Below are positions 48,869 to 62,408 of a stretch of DNA of 64,000 bases, in pieces. Position 1 is the first letter of the stretch, and each line of letters opens with the position of its first letter. This DNA comes from Podarcis erhardii (lineage: Eukaryota). The notes under the pieces were generated by a model. The model was not told the DNA's origin, did no database searches, and saw only the letters and a program-made list of their open reading frames with translations. The DNA lies in the NCBI GenBank assembly GCA_964252035.1, contig CAXUOO010000025.1; one strand, 5' to 3'. The translations under genes were made by a program, and so were the position numbers.

Positions 48869-51800
48869 AAGGAGGTAAGAAGAAAAAAGAGTGGCAATGG
48901 AATTTTTTTATTTCGTAGTGACGCTTGAACAAGCTTTCTGCTCATCTGCAGCACAGCGCTGTTTGATTTTAGAAACAATATTGGTGGGTCGAACCACATT
49001 TGGTAGTTATGGTGTGTATAATCAGCATAGAGTACTGATATGTCTTTCTAGACTGTCAGACAAATATTCAAATTCCATGATCTCTGCAAGTGCTAAATCG
49101 GCCCTTCACATATGTATACTCGTAATTATCCAAATCTGAAAGTGAACGCAGATCTTACAGTGAACCGTGCATGGAGTTGGATTTGTATGTACCCTTGTTA
49201 ACAAGGAATATTCTGTATGCAGTATGAGTGAAACACATGTAAACAATTTTCTAGAAACCATTTATATGTTATATGACATAGGCTTGCATGAGTCGATTAA
49301 CGTTGCACAGACTTATTGGTTCGAATTCCATAAGAAGTCCAACTTCGAAGCTACTCTTTTTTTTGTCTTTGCAGAGAACGCGCGATGCGCGGTTCGTTTT
49401 CCAGCAGTATAAGAACGACTTCGGAGCCGGTTTCATCTGGAAGACCAACGCATCGGTCGTTCATGTCTTCGTGGAAAAAAGATTCCTTGCGAACTATAGC
49501 ATCTCTCCCCGCTGACAGCGAGAGCGGTGGTGGGCGGAGAGCGGAGTCGATGCCGTCCTCAACGTAGATGCGGTGACTCGCGCTACAATCTATGTCACGC
49601 TTCAATATCTTTCAGTTTTAAATATGTACTAGGTTAAAAACTTTTCTGTACAACTCGCCGTGGTCATATATATATATATATATATGTATGATATATATGT
49701 CCATGTAAATTTTTTTATACACAAGAAATTATGGCAAGTACCGCAGTCCACGTCGTAGAAGCTCTTTTTGAGCTCTCGTATTCAATTGTGCTTTGATTGG
49801 GACTTCGACTTTTGTACGCGCGGTCTGTTAAAAGTGGTTTCCTAGCGTTGCAGGACGTTGATTCTAATCAATGAAGTATCGGTTTTATAAGCAGTTATGC
49901 TTGTGTACAACGGCTTTGACTCATAAACATCTGCGCCGTAGCCGTAAGTTCCAGCAAAATCAAGAATAGATGATGCACTGCCTGAAAGGTAGAACGTTCT
50001 ATAGCTGAAGTCTGGTAGTACACCGCATTCGACAACTGAAAATCTGTATATGGTTGCAAATGCGAAGGAAAATCAAATTTCGTGATTAGTCAGCTGCCTG
50101 TTAGTGCATCGCGAAAAATCGAGTGTTTAAAAATTTCCGCATGAAAGCATTTATGGCACACATTGACAATCACTACATCGGTAAATTCATTTTGGTCCCC
50201 AATCTACTAGCTCAATCGTTGTGCAAGGGCTACTCTTTTACGCACACACCTTTCCAGTCTGTAACTATAAAGTGAACAAATCTCTAACGAATGACGTTTG
50301 ATTAACTGTTCACCGCCACTGCTTGACAGTATTCGAAGACATTTCAGCTTCTTAAAATCGTATAAGTTACAAATTAGCAATGAACTAGGCACACTGCAAC
50401 GTGTCAGTAATAGGCGACATCGTAAAAGCAGCAATGCTTCGCTGACTCCCATCTATTACCTCCTGTTTCCGCCTATTTTTCGCAACTCCTGCCCTGTTCA
50501 AGAACAAACTGAAAAAGCGGGTCTCTTCTGCTGCTGTTACTGGTGCTGCCATTGAATGAACCGCTGTTGCACTGCTTTCGAACAATATTTGCATCGTATT
50601 CTAATTGTTTACTCTCTCAAATTCATTCTATCATTTCTTGAAAGTTTTGTGCATTTATGTTGGTGCCGTTGTATTCGCGCGTCTTAAGTACAGTAATTCT
50701 TTTTGGATTGAATGTGAAACTGCCATAATAGCCTCATGCAGTCTCTCTCGAAGCGAAACGTGAAAAAACTGACACTGAACCGCTTCCACGTAAGCGTGAC
50801 GGTGTGTATTCGCATGTCAGGTTGATACCTGTAACTGACAGATCAGAAGTTTTTTATCGTTGACTTTTGTGCTTCCTTTGTACAGATATTTGCTAAGTAT
50901 TGAGCTCATTTTGGATTTGAACAGCGTGTGGCATTCTGAGTAGCAATGTTATTACATGTGCAAGCAAGCACCTATGTTTCGTACGTCTTTTTTAAGTTTT
51001 AGGTAATCATCAGCTGCGCGAAGAGAAAATTTTTCTTAAATACAATGCAACAGCAACACAGCATAAAATATCTTCGAACAGCATAACGTGCACTACCCGC
51101 TGTGCGCAGCTACGCACCACCACGGTACCGAGGATATGTTGTACTCGTTGTATACGTAGCATTGTGTTTGGTTGATACATTCGTTCAAAATGATGGGTGT
51201 GATGAGTTAAAATAACTTCTTTGTTTTATGAAAACCCGATGTTCAAGCAAAAAATCACATTGCAGTAGACGAGTTTTCGCATTATTTTCCGCAGAGAAGG
51301 TATGTTTCGATAACAAAACGTAGCACTTCACTTCACTGAAAGATGAAGAATTTCAAGCTTGTTCAAGCGTATACTGTTGCTTTTTTATTCCATAATGCGT
51401 ACATCTTGGCACCCAATTGTCAATATAATGAGAGCTGAAAGCAGATTTTAGTGTTCATGAAGCTAGCGACGTTCTCCGTCGCGTGTTTAAATCATATGCA
51501 CTGAGAAGTCGTATTTATGAAAAGTCTTTGGAGAACTACGTCGGAGACGACAATCAGATCTCTAGCGAAAGCGTTTATTAATTTTTTTATGGATTCTTAA
51601 TAAAATATGCAGACTGACACGTAGTAACTGGCTGTCACCTCCCTTACTGGAGGCGAAGCTATGCACAAGTCATGAACGCGCATGGGTACGAAAAAAGACT
51701 AATATATGCAAATGCAAATATCAAAGGAGTAAAATCACTTTATTCTTTCAGCCTACAGACTTGGACATCCTGATGAAAACATGCTATCTTCAGATAATAC

Positions 51801-53024
51801 AGCTTAGTTCCACAAAGCTGGAATATCGTTATTAATAGTATGTCCATTCACTCAGTCATTCGTCGTAGCTGGGTGCAGCTTAGCCACGCAGAAAACAAGC
51901 TAACAAACAAAGCTTGGTCTTGTGACTTGTAATAACACAGAATCAAAACGCACTGGGCTTTTTCATGGAGCAGTTCTGCTGTGCATAGGGATGAAGTACT
52001 GCGTCTGAGCTATGTGGCTTCAGCAGCAATGTGCTACTGAGCCTTGTACAAAAATGTGCCAGCAGTTTTCAGTCCGGTCCATTGAGCAAAAGATTCAGGA
52101 CAATGCTTCATGAAGTATATAAAACTTTCACTTTCGAATAATGACACTGATTTAAGTAAACAGCCACAAATTTGATGAGAAACCGCATGCTGACCAATGG
52201 AGCAAGTAAATTAGATTGTCAACTGCTGCGCAGCTACCGAACTTATTTATAATATTAGAGATTTGGGTCATGTATTTCAGCGTTCCTTGTGCTGATGAAT
52301 TTTAACCTCCACACACTACACACATAAGTTAAAGATTTCTGTATGCGCCAGCATTCTGCAAAACAAGTAAAACCTTCTTAACACAGTACACAGATGAATC
52401 CGTTGTACACTCGTTCGCGTCTGCAGACGTTTCCAATCACTTGTACATATGTATACGTAACTGCATATATTCATATTATATTTGCATGAGTATACGCATA
52501 ATTTTTTGCAAACGCACATTGTGATTGCATGTCTATACGGACACTTACGGACATATAAGCTGTGAAGAACGAGACAAAATTTCTCCGCTAGTGTATATCG
52601 AATACGTCTGCTTTTCTTTATATTTCTCCTATATCCTGTAAATATGTTCATGAATATTCTCTGTATGTACCTATATGGTTTTTCTGTATTTTAGTGCACA
52701 AAAACATCAACGCTTCTGAAACACATATCGCATGGGGTTAACAAAAAGGTTGGCTCTGATAATTTCCATTGTCGATTCTGTTCATGTATTCGTCGCAATC
52801 AGAAGTTTATTTATCAAGCTGACAGCTAATCCAAAATGACCTTGCAGTTTCTAGTCCATTCGTACATTGTAGCAGTCACAGTCCGTTGTAGCGAAGGAGC
52901 CGAACTCTCGAAGAGTCGGACGCCAACTACTTATTTGTACATGTTTTATATCAAAATTAGCAACGACTAAGACAGATGCTGACATTCCTTGAGTATCTTG
53001 TGAATTGGTCCGCAGCCTTCGCTT

Positions 53025-53082
<58 letters not shown>

Positions 53083-54942
53083 CAAATGTATCGCCGACGC
53101 GATGGCAACAGGTGGAACGATATTGGCAGCAGAATGAATACAATCATGTACTGATTCGAGCCCTCCAATTGAACTGAATACCTTTCAATACAATCGCGTA
53201 TTGATTCGCGGACAACCATTTGAACTGAATTCCTTTCAACAAAGTAAGGCCGGCGGGCTTGTCTTCAACTTAGAGGAAAGCGTGTGTCAAACTATTCTAC
53301 ATTTTAAGTCTACATATATGCATAAAAAGTTACGAAAGAGTATAATGCGAAAAAAAACTAATGGCACTGGCGAGCAAGTGGTAGCGTACAGCTATGTTGC
53401 CAGCGCTTGGTTGACATATCCTAGCCAGATTTTAGAAGAAAAATATCAGTAAGCAGCGGCTCAGCATTTGAAACTAACATTTTTAAGAATTCAGGTACCT
53501 TGTGTATGTTAAGATTAAGAGCTCAACGTGACCTCAGCTTTATGAACAAAAGAAAGCAATAAAGAATTGAATACATACAGTCGAATACAGTAGTTCGCGA
53601 TGAATTTTGCACCCATTTTCGTCTATAGTGAACTAGCAAGTTCGATTCCAAGCTAACAATAAATGATTAGTTGTCTTGAGCTAAGGACTCCGACGCTTGG
53701 TTTTCATTATCCGCTGGTATTAAAGAGTACATGACGAAGTCACTTTCTTTTGCACTAGTAAGCCTTGGAATTTGAGAGCGTTGCATGCAGTCGGGCATAC
53801 GCCTTCCGATCTGTTCAATGTACTGTATTCCTGTCCTTGTTGTTTTCCAGGCAACACAAGAATCAAATTATAAGAAGCTTTAAGAAAGATTTGATAGGTA
53901 GGGACGCATATATACATATGTATACATCTATATGTAAAGCAGTTATATAGACCCACACATACTTGAGAATTGTACTCGCAACAAAAACCGCGAGCTCAGC
54001 AGCAAATCCTGGTCAAATGTATGCTTCTGCTTTATTCCATCCCTTAGCTAGCTAAAATTTGGCTAGAACCGTATTTTACCTATGCGCTCCCTGACTTCAC
54101 AGTATCGCGTCCCGCTCATTTACTGCTGATAGATCGCGGTATCTGTGCATCGAGCCTAAATTTCGCACACATGCTGTAAGCAATGTCAGGCGGGGTGGAC
54201 GACTAGCATTTCTACGTATGTCCAGTCAAACCATTCCATACAGCCGTCTCGATAGACTGCAATACGTGCATGCTAAGATAGATTGTAGTATGTGCATTAC
54301 CACTTTCAAGCATATCTGCTACATAATGAGTTAGCCACGACCGTGCTTCACACATGTTACAAGGCTTATCTGTACATAAGTATATATATATATATATATT
54401 GTGTATTTTTGTATTGTTCGAGCACTAACAAAGCACACCGCGTGCATGGTGGTGTTTCATTTTGGTTGAGCGTTGGCGATATCATATTTCTTAACATGTG
54501 TTGGAGTAGAACACCTATAATTTAAGGTTAAGCATGGAAATAAGTCAACAATCATACGAAACACACGTCCGTCATGCTGGAGTTCCTCTACAAATAGGAT
54601 TTTGCAGAGAGTAGCCTCACCGGTCCTAGTATAACTCATACAGAATTCAGTCACTCGCACGGTCCCAAATTGTAGTTTGCACTACGCCATGCTTTTCGAC
54701 TCTGTCAAATTCGATGAGCACTGCAAACACAAATATGAATTGAAATTATACTAGAAACGCAGAAATACGGAGAAAAAGTGTTCAACATGAAAGACAACGA
54801 GCTAAGAGTACGCAGCCATAGAGAGATTATGCACACGCGCATACATCCGTGCAGATTCTGCGAAAACTGAAACAAAACATGATATTCTGCTCCCGTATAA
54901 TTTCTTGAAAATAGTGCACACATGTTGATTTGGGATGCGCCA

Positions 54943-56927
54943 TCATGCATGCTTCTTCTCGTTCTCCAATTTTTCCAACGCCGTCAGCCGCTCGAGCAGT
55001 GACGGATGGGAGTTGTTCCACCATGAATACCTGCGCAGGCAGATCCACATCGGCGTGCATCAAGCTGAAGGCCACCCAGCTACAGTGTCACTAAATTCCC
55101 ACGGACTCTCTCTCAAATATTGAAAACTGCACGATTGCCAGCACGCGAATTCACACGAGGCGTGATTTTTTTTTATGCCACTCCAAGACAAAAGACGCAT
55201 ATAACAATAGAATCAAAAGTGAGAACTACTGAAGCTACCCGTTCTGAAGCTCCGGCTCCTGCAATGTACCCAACACACCTCCAGCTGAAAACGAATTCAT
55301 GAACTAAATTACGAGTAGTGCTTTTTCCATGCAGGATTCGTAGTGTGGCACGTGATCCTTCTTAACAAGATGAAGTGCATAAACAACTTCCTCAGACGAC
55401 TCGCATTTACGAGATTATACGATTAACCGATATATATGTGCACATACACACAATAATGTATTTTTTTACATATCGACGACTCTAAACACATACACGCAGA
55501 TATAGTCATATATATTTGATTCCTCACCATGTACGCAAATCATGCTAATAAGAAGTTTCTCATTCGAAGTTAGTTCTAATTTGTCTTGCAATGAATGAAC
55601 GATTGCCATAAGATGCTTTCGAAGTGTGTTAGGTTATAGCTTTTCATGCTTTCCTTTTGAACAAAAGGGTTCTTTTTTTCAAAGCACAGTTATATGCTGC
55701 ACGTATTCGCTTACAGGGAGGTACTAGCATCACAGCGCTAAAAAACTTACAAAGGATCAGGGTCCGGATCGCTTTTATTCTCCTTATAAATTGCAAGGAG
55801 ACCACTTTTCAAAGGCTCGCCGTACCCAAGTTGGTGAGCGAATGCATCTGCCTCGTATTCGTTCTTCCGTGACCACATCGTCATTAGGAGCGCAAAAAGC
55901 GTATTACACTAAGTCAAAGAATTCGAAGGAGCAAAAAAGAAAAAATAAAAGCGTAGCACACATAAAGTACATTCCAAATCCGCTAGGTTCTTCGAGTTTT
56001 TTGCTGGTGTTGATGAGTTCTACGAATTGCATGTTCTATCGAAATTTCTTCCTGCCGTTCAAGAAAAGCAATTCTTTGCAAAAAGCAAGCCGCAAAGCTA
56101 TACTACTTCTGAGTGTATGTCTTCTAGTGGTAAAGCAGATAAGGAACACTATTCTCAACTGAACAAGCCGTGCTACTCGCATACAAACTTTTACGTTGAA
56201 AGTTGAGTTACTCAGTGTGCCAACGAGTCTCAAATATCCCGAAAATCCCCATAATGAATGTAATCATTAATCGCGTAGCATACGACCGGTCAGCATAACA
56301 CGCAAGCATGTTTTCCAACGCATCGGCGGAAAAACAACAAAGACTATACCGCATCAATTATCGTAAATTTGAATACCTTGCACATGACGCATTTATAGCA
56401 TGCCTTGCAACGAGGTCACCAGACGAACTGGTAGTCTGACAGTTTCAAGAATATGAGTTTTCACTGTGTGAGCAATTCTACAAACAACTCTGAATTAAAG
56501 TATATATATGACATATATGTGCACTCGCACGTGTTCCTGGCTGAAACTTCCCACTCGAACACAAAAGAGGGAATGAGAGTAGTTAATGAACAATCGATGT
56601 ATTTGATTGGACAAGAATATTTAGGTGTTTTCTTCGAGTCAAGGAAAGCGGCAACGGAAGCTAAATCCAGGATCAGAATCTCTTACCGGCATGAAAACAT
56701 GACTGAAAAGACTGAGACCGACAATTGGCGCGCGTGTGTCCGTATAGCCAAATTCATTATATAAATGATCATTTTTTATCACTAGTCCAAACAGATAGAA
56801 CACTAAGAAGAGCTGAGCGAAAGAGATTATGATGCCTTTCGCTGTGTGACTTTTCTTCCAATGCCCCATCTCGTGGCCTGTATGAACACAAACACTCTAC
56901 TGGAGATAAGCGTTTATGCAGTCCTTG

Positions 56928-56982
<55 letters not shown>

Positions 56983-57411
56983 CTACAACACACGTAACCA
57001 GATCCTCATTCTGATGTTAGCCGAACTCGCGCGGCCAATTCAGTAATAAGCAGAAACGAGCACAGGAGAGCACAGAAAGACTAACGATAGAATATACCGA
57101 GTACACAAAGATGAACAGCACCCGTAAGGAATCGGCACACCTGACTGAATTTCCTAGAAGTACAGCAGCAGTATGTCCTTAATAAAGGTAATTTTTTTTG
57201 ACAAAAGGCAAGTCAAAATCTACAACTACAATTTGCTTTCTTGTACAGCTCGATTCAAAAATGTAATTCTATAGTACTTCTGCTTCTTTGACGAATTCAC
57301 AAGTTTTCCATTCTGGTAACTTTGCAGCTGTACTGAATTCTCAAGACAAAGACATACAGCAAAAGAAGGAAAGCTTTGAAGATATATACAGCGCTGGCAC
57401 GGTATACAAAA

Positions 57412-57451
<40 letters not shown>

Positions 57452-57773
57452 GAAGGGAGAAAACATAGGTAGGATAGGCGAACACGGATGTGTATATAAA
57501 AAAAGACAAAGACATACATCTGCATATATATACATATATATACGTACGTTACTTCATCAAAGAAGGATTGTATGTACTTGGGAACTAGTCACTATCCGCC
57601 AGCGCACACACAAATTAGCAGAATTTGACATTGTGACCGCTATCCAGATATTAGTCATCTAGTAGTAGAGGCGGAAAAGTTTGGCTTTGCTGGTTTACAA
57701 AAGAAAGACCTGATATAGTTTGCATATTGATATTTAGGTTGACAAAATGGTCGGCATAGTACAACAACTGTGT

Positions 57774-57811
<38 letters not shown>

Positions 57812-57865
57812 TTATCTATGCCGTGCCAGCGCTATAACGATAAGAGTAATCACCAATGCGTGTAA

Positions 57866-57904
<39 letters not shown>

Positions 57905-58271
57905 TAGATAAACGCGATTCATGGGCTTACATAAGATAGCAAGTATTTGGTTGTGCTTGAGGTGCAATAGCGTGTCAAAAAGAACAATTTGCTTGACGCG
58001 CCAGAGCCCGTAAAAGTAAGCGTTGCTGTGACTGGATCTTTTGGAACCGTCTATTTGATATAATTTACCCAGCGGAAACTTCAGTTTCTTTGCCTGTCAA
58101 ACATTGACACGTACGTCACAGACACAGACATACACATCAATTTCTACATGAAAACTACCTAGACGTACTACCACAATGACAGCTTAGCATATACGAATTT
58201 ATACGTATGAGCCGTCTAACTCAGAGCATCATTCTAAAAATGCTGTGTGTTGAAATGCTCTGTGGATTGAA

Positions 58272-58312
<41 letters not shown>

Positions 58313-59982
58313 TATACGTAGATAAATTGAAGCTCTTTTGCTTCGCGTGTTAGGCATTCAACAAATACATTGAAGGTCATTATTATTAGCCTTGCTTGTC
58401 GAGTATCCAAGGCAAGAATATCCCCAAGCTCGTAAATAGATATATGTATATAGTTGAGCAGCCGTAACAATCGATTTGCACGCGGTCCAACCGAGGTATT
58501 TCTGCAGAAAAAAGATAACCTCTTCTGCGTAGAGAATACTGGGCATACATGAAAGAACATTACAGAAAGATTCTACAATGAGCAGCTGTTATAGCAGTTC
58601 TCGTGGTGCACCGCGCAGCTGCAAGTTCTTTTTACCTGCCTAAAGGACCGTTTCCTCTGCAGCCCTTTCGTGATTGAGACAGAACGACCAGTGAAACGCC
58701 AAAGTGAAAAGTGGCTTGCCACAGCACATTTGTGTAGTGTATGGATCTGCAACACCTTCAGTCAGTCTATAAAGGAGAAAGAAAAAGGGCAACTGTGCGA
58801 CTCTCAGTGTGATAGAAGAAGCCTTACAACAGCGTAAATTTGCTCGCGAAGTTCCTCATCCTTCACTGGCTCGTATTTGTTAAAGAGCGGCGCAATGAGG
58901 TTTGGATAAATTCCCATGAGCAGAAAGGTAATCACCACAGAGAAGCTCCACAACTGAAAAAAGCGAAGAGGAGAGTCGCAGAAGCAGCACAGCAGATGCG
59001 TTGCAAAACACGCAAAATGAGCAGCAAAAAAATATTTGGAAAAGGGGCCAATAATAAGTTGCTGACTTCAGCATAAACGCGTGGTTCGACTTGTATAAAG
59101 CCAGCAACAGCAGCAGTTGTTCCGCAACGTAGAAAAGCTCGCACGAGCAGTAAAGACACAGCGACAACACACATATGTAAGAGGCGCACTTTCTTTTAGC
59201 ACTACAGCTGTAAAGAAGACAGCAGCCCATCGGAGGAAACAGTGAAACAAGCAATATTTGCAAGCAAGCATCACTACGATTTTTTTTGCGGCTGCAGTGT
59301 GTGAAAGCAGCCGCAAAAAAAGAGAGCTTTGGCACCAGCAAATGCATCTATAACAACACGACAAACGCAGCATCCCCACCACAAAAATGGAAGCAACAGG
59401 CTCATGGACGCAGTTTGCAGCAATAAATGTAATCAAAAACTTAACTTTGTCACAAGGCGCAGCAGCAGCACCACATCAGAACACCGACGAATGAGCGCAG
59501 CAACAAGCTCTGGGTAGGGCAGCAACGCCAGGCACAAAAGGAAGGACTAGAGAGGGCCGGCAGCAGCAGCAGCGGCGATACATAGGCACCAAAAATTGCG
59601 ACAAAAGCACACCCACATGCACTAGAAGCAGGCTTTTTATGGTTCGCCAGCCCCTGAACAGCCGAATCGAAACTGACGAGAGACTGGAAAGTCATCAGAG
59701 GCTCTTGCTCCCCGAATTGCCATCATGACTACACATATATATGTATACATATATGAATTGCAGTTGCACAGCACGAAAATGCCTAGGACAAGAAATGCCC
59801 TTATACTACAACAATGGCGTGGTAACGCAGACCTGTATTCACGTCGTACTACATATCTGTAAATATCGTGTGCCTATACGTATGTATACCGGTACTGCAT
59901 GAAAAATAAGATGCGCAGCAACAAAGTAGGCATTCCTACGTTAGAATAGCATGTGCGTGCGAACACTGCATATATATATATA

Positions 59983-60027
<45 letters not shown>

Positions 60028-60820
60028 GATAGCAAATCTTTGTGTACTCGCTGTGAGTATGTACATGAACGAACTGCCACTGTACTGCTGTTCATTGCCT
60101 CACCCATAAATACAGATTGGGCCCGCCCCAGTTCATGAGAGCGATAACTGCGCAAAGAAGAGGAGCGCCAATAACAACGGCTAGCGCGTAGCCAATGAAC
60201 TTATCTTTTATGAAAAGAGAAAGTGTTTTTTTGTTGAATCCGTGACGCTCTTCCACTACAAAGTCGGAGTACAGTTGAAAGGGAGTGTGTAACACCTCTT
60301 TCACCGCAAACTGGATACCAAAAACAATGAGAGACTGCTGATATTCACTGTAAGGGGATGACTGATCAACATATCGACCTGCAAAGCGCCATATTTTTGG
60401 CCCAATGAACAAGAAAACTGTCAGCAGAGATATCCAAGAATCAAACAACGACTCTACAATCCCAAAAGTCAGCTTTTCACACATGTATTTGTTTGTTTTC
60501 AGTGCCTGTTCCGGCTCATATACCGGCGTCACAGCATCCTCTCCCTTTTGCACAATTAACGCTGAACCCTGCTCTTGCTGTTGCTCTGAAGGCTGTTGCT
60601 GTTCTTGCATCGATTGCAACTCCTGTTGTGCATTACGCTGCTCTAGCTCAGCAGAAGCAGCAGCCAGTCTGCGTTTGCAGCGTCGCACTTGTCGCCATGT
60701 TAGATACTCTTCAAAGATTTGCAATACTACAGAAATTATGAGATAAACAAGTAGCCACGGCACTCTGTTGAAAAGCGACGCTTCTGGCGCGGAAAGAAAC
60801 ACTTCTTTGTGGATTCCCAT
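54943..60820 (-). CDS. STE24: CAAX prenyl protease 1 (STE24/ZMPSTE24, peptidase M48), complete 6-exon model, 480 aa
   Basis: Exons 60820-60104, 58953-58828, 58093-57931, 56877-56687, 55908-55751, 55030-54943 (1443 nt, all phases match). Motifs: [49 protein letters not shown], zinc-binding [26 protein letters not shown]. Confidence 0.96.
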
Positions 60821-62348
60821 TGTGAGCCAGCGAACATTTGAAAGCGAGTGACACTTAATATAGAGAAAAGACTAGTGAGAGACACACTCGTAGCTGCACG
60901 GGAGAGAGGGAGACGAGGCGAATCAGAAAAGAATCGATATGACCAGGACTGCATATGGAAACAGTAGATTTGTGTGGTGGACAAAGATGAGCGGAATGCA
61001 CACAGAAGGAAAACGAAAATGCTGAACTTTTGCACTCACCCTACCAAGACATGTTGACTGAGAGACGAAATAGCAGGATGTCTCTGGAAAATGCATATGA
61101 GGGGAAGATGTTCTACAAGCCTTCCTGTTCATGCAGGACCCGTTCATACCAAACAACCGAATACAGAGTTGGAACGACTAAAACCACGCATACCGATACA
61201 CGCGGATGCCAATTTATTATGCTATACAACGCGTACTTCGTTTGTCCACAAGAAAATGCATTGAGCAAGAAAGGGTTAAAATTACTTTGGCTTTCAAAAC
61301 TCGTTTGATATGAAGGAGTTATGTGGGGCTGAGCATCTTTCGTCAAAATGCATGAAAGAGAAGTAGTGAGAAACCGGCCATAATAAGGAGAGCAAGGTAA
61401 ACAAAGCCGGAAAAGTGAACAAGGGGCAGAGTTACGAATTCAGGTACGGAAGCACAGCAACTGAATTTGGAAGACATGCACGTCACACAGATTTGCCAGC
61501 AGCATTGATGCGGGGGGGACGGCCGCGGTAGAACACCCACTCAACCGTAACAGCCGCACGTATGAGTGCCGCCCGATACAAGGTCTCGACGATTGTACTG
61601 AATAGCTGCACTAGCTGCAACGGCAGCACATTACAGTCCTGAACCGAAAAGAGTTATCCTAGTGGTCTGCGTGCTACTACTGTACAACCGTACTTAGTGT
61701 GATGCTGTATTATTGTTTGTCACTGCTGCTATTTCCAGCTAATATGTTGCTGTTGTCATCTGATCTTGTCTGTGTCACTTAGGGTTGCTGTGGGAAAACA
61801 AAGAATTCTATTCTGTAGAATTAGTGCTATCTTTATGAAACCGTACATACACTTTAGAAAAAGCCCAGTTTGGTTGGTGCTGACTGCAGTTACGGCGGGT
61901 TGATGCACCTGATGCCACATCACTGCGGAACGCTCTTTCACGCTGGTGCTGTTGCATGCAGTTGAAGAATCGCTAATGCTGCGTGGAAGTAACGGTGTGT
62001 TGCATCTGCTGGATTTTTCTGTGTTTGCGGCTTCGCTCTTTCGACTCAGCAACAGCAGAAGCAGCGGCCTCTGTGTTTTTTAGCGGCGAACGGCGTCATT
62101 TGCAGCGGATATTGTAACGCACACTGCCACTGCAACAACACACAAGACAAAGCAGCGGACTCCCAGCGAGGCAGATAGTGCTGAAGAATCGTTCCTCGTC
62201 GCGATTTATGACCTCAACTTCTCAATCCGGTACTGGAGTTTCCTTACTGTCTGCTTTTCGATACTTCCCCTTTGCTCACATCCTGCTTTCCGTGTCGCAG
62301 CCCGCTAGTCCATCGCACGCCATGCTGGTCGGTTGCTGCTGGTGCTGG

Positions 62349-62408
62349 CTCATCGTGCACTCGGCTGGCTGACTCTCCCTCATCGTGCACTCGGCTGGCT
62401 GACTCTCC
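62349..62408. repeat. Perfect 30-bp tandem duplication
   Basis: ctcatcgtgcactcggctggctgactctcc at 62349-62378 and 62379-62408. Confidence 0.97.

Larger units (their letters stand above)
2227..61960. promoter_or_regulatory. Recurrent TGCATGCA palindromic octamer (known apicomplexan ApiAP2-type motif)
   Basis: Seen by eye at 2227, 4117, 10197, 20852, 26427, 38544, 53782 and 61953. Several are in CDS or introns, so the function of any single site is unsupported. Confidence 0.4.

Noticed and set aside
53600-53660. tRNA T-loop-like GTTCGATTCC at 53640-53649
   Set aside because: No acceptor stem, D-arm or anticodon arm could be folded around it.
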